In this document: positions 58,184 to 64,000 of the stretch, piece by piece | How positions within the stretch are numbered: the stretch's first letter is position 1 | Layout: each line of letters starts with the position of its first letter | NCBI RefSeq assembly: GCF_027921745.1 | Contig: NC_079240.1 | Location: 1,860,001 to 1,924,000 of the forward strand | From: Schizosaccharomyces osmophilus | Taxonomy: Eukaryota | Reading direction: 5' to 3' | DNA length: 64,000 nt | Made by a program: the position numbers and the translations under genes | The notes under the pieces: model-generated | Seen by the model: the letters and a program-made list of their open reading frames with translations, nothing else | Databases searched by the model: none | What the model was told of the DNA's origin: nothing

Positions 58184-58780
58184 AATTAGTAGTACAGGAG
58201 GCGATTGTGCTGAATGTCATTGAATGGTTTAATGATAAAAAATGGGGGGGGCTTGTGTTTGGTTATAAGGGTTTGATAATTTAAGAAAGCATGGATTCAC
58301 TTACCATCATGCATCATAAAAAAACATTACTTTTCTATAGATTGGGTATATGCTACATCTTTATAGTTGTTAATGTATAATGTACAATAGAAAGAAAGTT
58401 AGCAAATTGATTTGGTAATTGTTATGAAGCGTAAATTCTGTTTATAAATCAATCAATTTGTTTCATTCTCAGTGAGTCTGTTTGAAATACCATTTAATAA
58501 TAACTTACTAATCTTTCTTGTAATCCTACCGTTTGGCTTTGTTTTCCCGGTAGATTTTTATTCTTCTTCACATTTACTCCTTAACTTAGTTGACTATACA
58601 TTTCTGGCCTTAACTAGAGTATGTTGGATTAGAGCATAGCGCTTTTTGGTACACATAAAGAAACCGTTTCATTTTAATTAAAAAAAAATTTTTTGATACT
58701 TTTAATTCATTGAGTTTACAGAAACGGAGAAGGAGTATCATTTCATAACACATATATTTCTATTCCTTATTGTTAATCTA

Positions 58781-60388
58781 ATGCTATTACGAAGGGCTCA
58801 CACACTAAGATGCTTTTCGGCAAGATTTAATATTGGATTTTGTTGCTTAAGATGGAAAAGGTTATATTCAGAAAAGGCAGGTTCGCCTGAAAAACCGGAT
58901 GTTCGAAAGCAAGTATTTGAACGCTTAAAGATGCCGATGTATCCATCTATTTCAAGTACAAAAGGAGTTACATCAATATCGAGGCTGCGGTCTTGGGATA
59001 ATGTTCTTTCGCCGGACGCCAGACAATATGATGAATCCTATACTGTCTGTGGTAGAATCGGCAATTTAAGATACGCAAGTTCAAAACTTGTTTTTGTAGA
59101 CATCTGTGACGGATTGTCGAAGCTACAATTAACCATTAGTAAAAAACTTGTATCTAATAGTGATAATGAGGCTCTTCCTTTTTCCAACATTCTTAAAGCT
59201 TTTCGCCGAGGTGACTATATACAGTGTACAGGGTTCATTGGAAAAACAAGCAAAGGGGAACTATCTATTTATGCAACAGAACTTCCAGTGATGCTGTCTC
59301 CTTGTCTTCACCAGATGCCTACCAACCTCTTGAACCAAGAAAAAAGATTTCAGCAGCGTTACATCGATTTTATTGCAAATCCTGATACCATTTTGACATT
59401 AAAACGGAGATTTCAGATCATAGAATGTATTCGCAATTTTTTTCGAAAAAATGAATTTACAGAGGTAGAAACCCCATTGCTTTCACACCATTTTGGGGGT
59501 GCTATGGCTCGTCCATTTATTACAAACGATGCTCACAAACAGCCACTTTCGCTGCGATGTGCTCCTGAATTATGGCTTAAGCAATTAGTCATAGGAGGCA
59601 TGCACCGGATTTTCGAGTTAGGTAAAAACTTTCGAAATGAAGGTCTAGACGCTACTCATAATCCAGAATTTACCAGCTGTGAGGCCTATTGTGCCTTCAT
59701 TAACTTGGGCACATTCATTGACATGACCAAATTATTGCTAAGCGAAATCTGCATGAATGTTCATGGAAATTTAACGTTACCCCATCTTGGAGTATCTTTG
59801 CACAGCGATTCTTTCAAGACACTTGAATTTATCCCATCTCTTGAAAACAGTCTTAATCAATCTCTAGGCGTTATAGATAACTCCGAAGGGTATCGCAAAT
59901 TTTTGTTAGACATCTTTGAGCAAAGGAATATTAAGCAACCAAAAACACCTACTGTGTCTCATTTGCTTGATAAGCTGTTAAGTCACTGCGTTTTAGAGCA
60001 TCTGAGCGATGGCCCTACGTTTATTGTACACCATCCAGAAGTAATGTCTCCTCTAGCAAAGTCCGAAACGATTAAATATGGGAATACGGAATTTCGCGTT
60101 TCTAAGCGGTTTGAACTATATTTGGGAAAAAGTGAGATTTGCAATGCCTACGAAGAAGAAAATGACCCGATGTCTCAAAAGGAGAAGTTCGAATCTCAGC
60201 AATACGACCGTACCGAGCTAGGAGACCAAGAAGCACCTATTCCGGATGCTGATTTTGTACGTGCATTAGAATATGGACTTCCCCCAACAACTGGATGGGG
60301 CATGGGCGTTGATCGTTTGGTAATGCTTGTTACCGGACAAAAAAGGATAAACGAAGTATTACCGTTTGGATCTTTACGGTATATTTGA
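58781..60388 (+). CDS. msk1: Mitochondrial lysine-tRNA ligase (class II)
   Basis: EVETPLL, GGAMARPF, FRNEGLDATHNPEFT, EICNAYEE, ALEYGLPPTTGWGMGVDRL; Arg-rich presequence. Confidence 0.92.
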   Translation: MLLRRAHTLRCFSARFNIGFCCLRWKRLYSEKAGSPEKPDVRKQVFERLKMPMYPSISSTKGVTSISRLRSWDNVLSPDARQYDESYTVCGRIGNLRYASSKLVFVDICDGLSKLQLTISKKLVSNSDNEALPFSNILKAFRRGDYIQCTGFIGKTSKGELSIYATELPVMLSPCLHQMPTNLLNQEKRFQQRYIDFIANPDTILTLKRRFQIIECIRNFFRKNEFTEVETPLLSHHFGGAMARPFITNDAHKQPLSLRCAPELWLKQLVIGGMHRIFELGKNFRNEGLDATHNPEFTSCEAYCAFINLGTFIDMTKLLLSEICMNVHGNLTLPHLGVSLHSDSFKTLEFIPSLENSLNQSLGVIDNSEGYRKFLLDIFEQRNIKQPKTPTVSHLLDKLLSHCVLEHLSDGPTFIVHHPEVMSPLAKSETIKYGNTEFRVSKRFELYLGKSEICNAYEEENDPMSQKEKFESQQYDRTELGDQEAPIPDADFVRALEYGLPPTTGWGMGVDRLVMLVTGQKRINEVLPFGSLRYI

Positions 60389-60477
60389 TTCATAGATTCT
60401 CATTGATCCTTAATTTATTAATAAATAACTAAAAAAATAAATAATTTCGTAGAGCATACAAATTGGAAAACAAATAT

Positions 60478-61406
60478 TCAAGTATGTAATGCTTCACGTT
60501 CCAAAGTTTCCTGTAACCATGATTCCAACTCCTCTGATAGATGGCCTTTTAGCTTGGAAAATTGCCTTCCAAAAGATTCATCACAACGATAACAACATAC
60601 ATCTTGTTGGAATAAGTAGGAAAGCGATCCCCGAACCGGAAGCTGAGAGACAGGAGTGTCAATGTTAACAAAAAATGGAGAGTTAAATGAAATGTAATGA
60701 GCATTATGTTTAATACTTGGAGACACGTGATCCCGGGTCATAACATGCAAATGAAGATTATTCATGGACGGTCCTGCATGGAATCCTAATTTGATGAAAT
60801 CCCAAAGCGATTTTGAAGGGACCCTTGAGGATAAATCAGAATCCGGAAAAAGACTGTTTCTAGCCTCTTTCATTATTAAATCCGGAAGTTTTTGAAACAC
60901 CATAAAATTCAACTTGTCTACTAATGGCCTGTGCTTTCCTAGGATTTCCAAAGGGTGAACCAACGTTACCGAGGGATCCCGTGGCATCAACAGCAAATGC
61001 ATTTTTGATTTTGGATACTTGTCCCTGATAAAGACAAAATCTTCATCGTAATATAACACATTGTTGTGGGCCTGAGGATGTTCAATGTACGCTCGCAAGT
61101 TATCTCGAAAAGAGAGTCGTTGAGGCTTCCTTTTTACAAGAGGAGTGCTTTTGTTTTGAGTCTCCATTAAGAGTTTAACTAGGAATAATGGTTAGTATGC
61201 TTTAAATCATGTTTAACTTTTAACTTTCAAGGACCACGAAAGGGCCTGAAATGGCCGCGGTTAACTTCAGAACTTTTGAAAGAGATAGGTGCAGAGTAGT
61301 TCAAAATCAATGAAAAGTCTATTTAAAAATTGCAAAACTCTTTGGTGAAGTCTCCCAGTCATCCCAATATTCGACAAAACATACATGCGTCAGCAGAATT
61401 TGACAT
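60478..61406 (-). CDS. hnt3: Aprataxin (HIT-zinc finger DNA deadenylase); exons 61406-61385, 61178-60478
   Basis: SFRDNL, DKYPKSKMHLLLM, GFHAGPSMNNLHLH, C-x2-C..LKGH; GTATGT..CTAAC..TAG intron gives N-terminus MSNSADAFKLLM. Confidence 0.92.
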
Positions 61407-62455
61407 CACAAAGTACCATAGAATATAAATAAATAAATAAAATTCTTATTTGTTAACAAAATTTTCAATCGGTTTCAATAAACAGCATTCAAACTTGTAG
61501 AATTTTTGGTTGGGTTGGTAATGACTAAATGCTTTGGAGGAAGAAATTCGAGGGCTTCGCCTTGCGAGTTAGTTAACTACTTTTGAGAAATTTATAGTAG
61601 AATTGAAAGTAACGCTGAGAAATAAAACAGCTTGGTCGTTTTTATTTTAATTCAATGCCTGCCAGTTTGTAATTTGTGATATGAAGAAACTCGATATGAG
61701 AAAAACGACCAGCCGCTGTGTGAGCTACTGCAGATATATTGCCGTTTAATCTGATTATTTCATATTGCGTTGCCCAAGTTCTCGCCAGCATCTTATACTG
61801 GAGAAAAAGAGTCAATGATGATTAAGAATACCCATTCTAAAACCAATACCCGGATCATCCTGTACTTGCTCTCTATATTGCTCTTCTTCATGGATTTTTA
61901 GTTCGTCAATCTCAAGTGTTAGATGCTCCTTTTTTCCAAAGCGCTTTGTCTCTTTTTGAATGGTCAAAGACACGCTTTAAAGAACACAATCCAATTGCAA
62001 AGAAAGTTTGTTTTACACTAGTTTGCAATACTTCAGCTTGTTCAAACTTGCTTTATCCCATTGTTAAGTCGAGTAGCGTAAGACAAGCCGTTGATTTTCA
62101 AAGCTCGTATTCCACCACGTATTTCCTGGTCTATTCCTCTATTTTTTCTTTCATATACGTTGTAACAGTATTGAAAACCAATGCAAGGTGCATTCAGCTT
62201 GTATGGTCCTAGAACAATGTAATGAACCAACTTTTGTTTCAGTCCTTTAGAAAATAAAAAAAGTAAAGAAGTAAAAACCAAAAGACAGTAGCAATATAAA
62301 ATTCGAAATACTACTAAAAAAAGTATTGGCAAGCTGCCTATAAGTACCACTGCTTTTTCTCACCTTCCATTTTCCATTGACGAGTTGTCCTTGTAGTACT
62401 TTAGCCATCCATATGTTCATGTACATAATTTAGTGCAATAAATAGTTTCATTCAA

Positions 62456-63722
62456 ATGCCAGTCTCAGAAGTTGCGAAGAGAGTTCTATCTATTCAAGTA
62501 TGTCTTTGAACAGATTTTTAAACTAACAGCTCTTACCTAGTCTTCTGTCAGCCACGGCTATGTAGGTAATAGATCTGCTACGTTCCCCTTGCAATTGCAT
62601 GAATGGGAAGTGGATGTTGTACCTACAGTTCACTTTTCTAACCATCTTGGTATGTTTGGTTCCAACAAGGGAAAATAACAATTTTCTTAGTATGAAGGTT
62701 TTTTAAACAGAAAACGGAGTGAAATTTTCGATTTTATATAATTCACCTTCCAAATCATCCTAGTTTGTAGCTTGCTCCAAGTGATTTCTCTTGTCTAATG
62801 TATATTTAGGCTATGGTAGTACAAGAGGTCGTGCATGCAAGCCATCGGAGGTTCTGGAGCTCCTGGAGGCTTTGTTAGAAAAAAATCATTTTGTCTACGA
62901 TGCAATTTTGACAGGCTTCATCCCAAATCAACGGATCCTCCAAGTGGTTTCGAAGCTTCTAATTGAGTACCAAAGTCGACACCCACATGTGAAATGGATA
63001 GCAGATCCTGTCATGGGAGACCAAGGAGAAACTTATGTAGAGGAAGACGTTTTAAACACGTATAAAGATGTTTTATCACATGCCTTTTTGATAACGCCAA
63101 ACGCCTTTGAAGTCAAGTAAGTATTACAAAATGATGTGCTTTCCGACTCTTTTATTAACTGAATTTACATAGATTGTTGACAGATGTTTCTGTGGTGAAC
63201 AAAGCCACTGCATTATATGGACTAAAGCGTATTTATGAATTATACAAGGTTCCACAGGTAGTAATTACTTCGTTTGAAGACGCGGATAATTCAGATTTAC
63301 TATTTTCTATGGGATATTCCCTCAAAGAAAACACCTTTTACTCCTTTTTGTACTCGTATCCTTCACTTTCCGGAATATTTACAGGGACAGGAGACTTATT
63401 TTCAGGTTTAACGTTGGCCAAGTACGTGGATGAGGAATCTCGACAAAAAGATAAAACATCAAAGAATGAAAGGGAGAAAAATTCAAGTTTGGGGTTTTTC
63501 ACAGAAGTGATTGGGCAAGTTTTGACTTGTATGCGTTTTGTCCTTATAAGAACAAAAGAATATACACTTCAACAGCTGAAGCATGACAGTAGCATTGAAA
63601 AAAATCGGTTTTTACTTAGCAATGCCTGCGAACTTCGACTCGTCCAATCCAGGGATGATCTTATTTCGAAGAAAAATATCTATACACCTGAAGAGTGGAA
63701 TGGTTTGGAGCGAAACTTTTAA
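62456..63722 (+). CDS. Pyridoxal kinase (PdxK/Bud16-Bud17 family); exons 62456-62497, 62541-62649, 62810-63116, 63173-63722
   Basis: RVLSIQ^[56 protein letters not shown]. Confidence 0.93.
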
Positions 63723-64000
63723 GCTAAAACGTAACGATTGCTATTTAATTTTTTTGTTGATGAAAAGGAAAAAATGGAGATGAACGTCATCATCATCGTT
63801 CTAAGTTGGTTGTTCATGTCAGTCCAGTTTTTCTCCAGTTCTTCAGCTAAAGTTTGATATTTAGGACAACGCAATAAAAGCAATTGCTTTAATCGTTTAT
63901 ATTAGATTGTCGAATACTAGGCTTCGCTGCTTTATAGTGACTGTACTTTCGGTGGTACTTTATCTCTTGTATAATTCATATGCCTACTAGACGATTCACT

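Noticed and set aside
61225..61265. GGACCACGAAAGGGCCTGAAATGGCC as a hammerhead ribozyme
   Set aside because: No CTGANGA core in the right geometry and the stems do not pair properly
1..64000. CRISPR arrays, prokaryotic defence systems, rRNA genes, intact retrotransposons
   Set aside because: Eukaryotic DNA with spliceosomal introns; no spaced direct-repeat array, rRNA-like segment or RT/integrase/transposase ORF recognised

Overview
Gene-dense fission-yeast (Schizosaccharomyces) chromosomal DNA. The proteins are clearly diverged from S. pombe as I recall them, so this is probably the S. octosporus/cryophilus/osmophilus group (inference). Gene order largely matches my recollection of S. pombe chromosome III cosmids c576-PB1C11-c74-c18: rpt3, rps20, rps2, ret3, mitochondrial TyrRS, sac3, bxi1, [naa38], tpx1, hydantoin-racemase-like, xan1, ACS-family permease, YAT permease, amt1, ACT permease, rpl27, mak3, [rps0], adg3, MFS, NFX1/Fap1, pof6, rsa4, caf1, rpc53, mitochondrial LysRS, hnt3, pyridoxal kinase, plus tRNA-Gln(TTG) and two identical tRNA-Ser(GCT). 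I reconstructed several spliced genes that the ORF track splits. The best candidate system is a ~16 kb GATA-site-rich nitrogen/purine scavenging cluster (14.6-30.2 kb). Its racemase-fold gene is divergent to xanthine dioxygenase and has Gly instead of the second catalytic Cys. Also notable are a non-canonical hairpin-containing sac3 intron, an orphan Homol D box in front of a long hairpin (candidate ncRNA), a PAM2-like motif in Sac3 and degenerate ATP-binding boxes in Mak3. I recognised no transposon, LTR, rDNA or CRISPR. All identifications come from motif reading and memory; no search was run.
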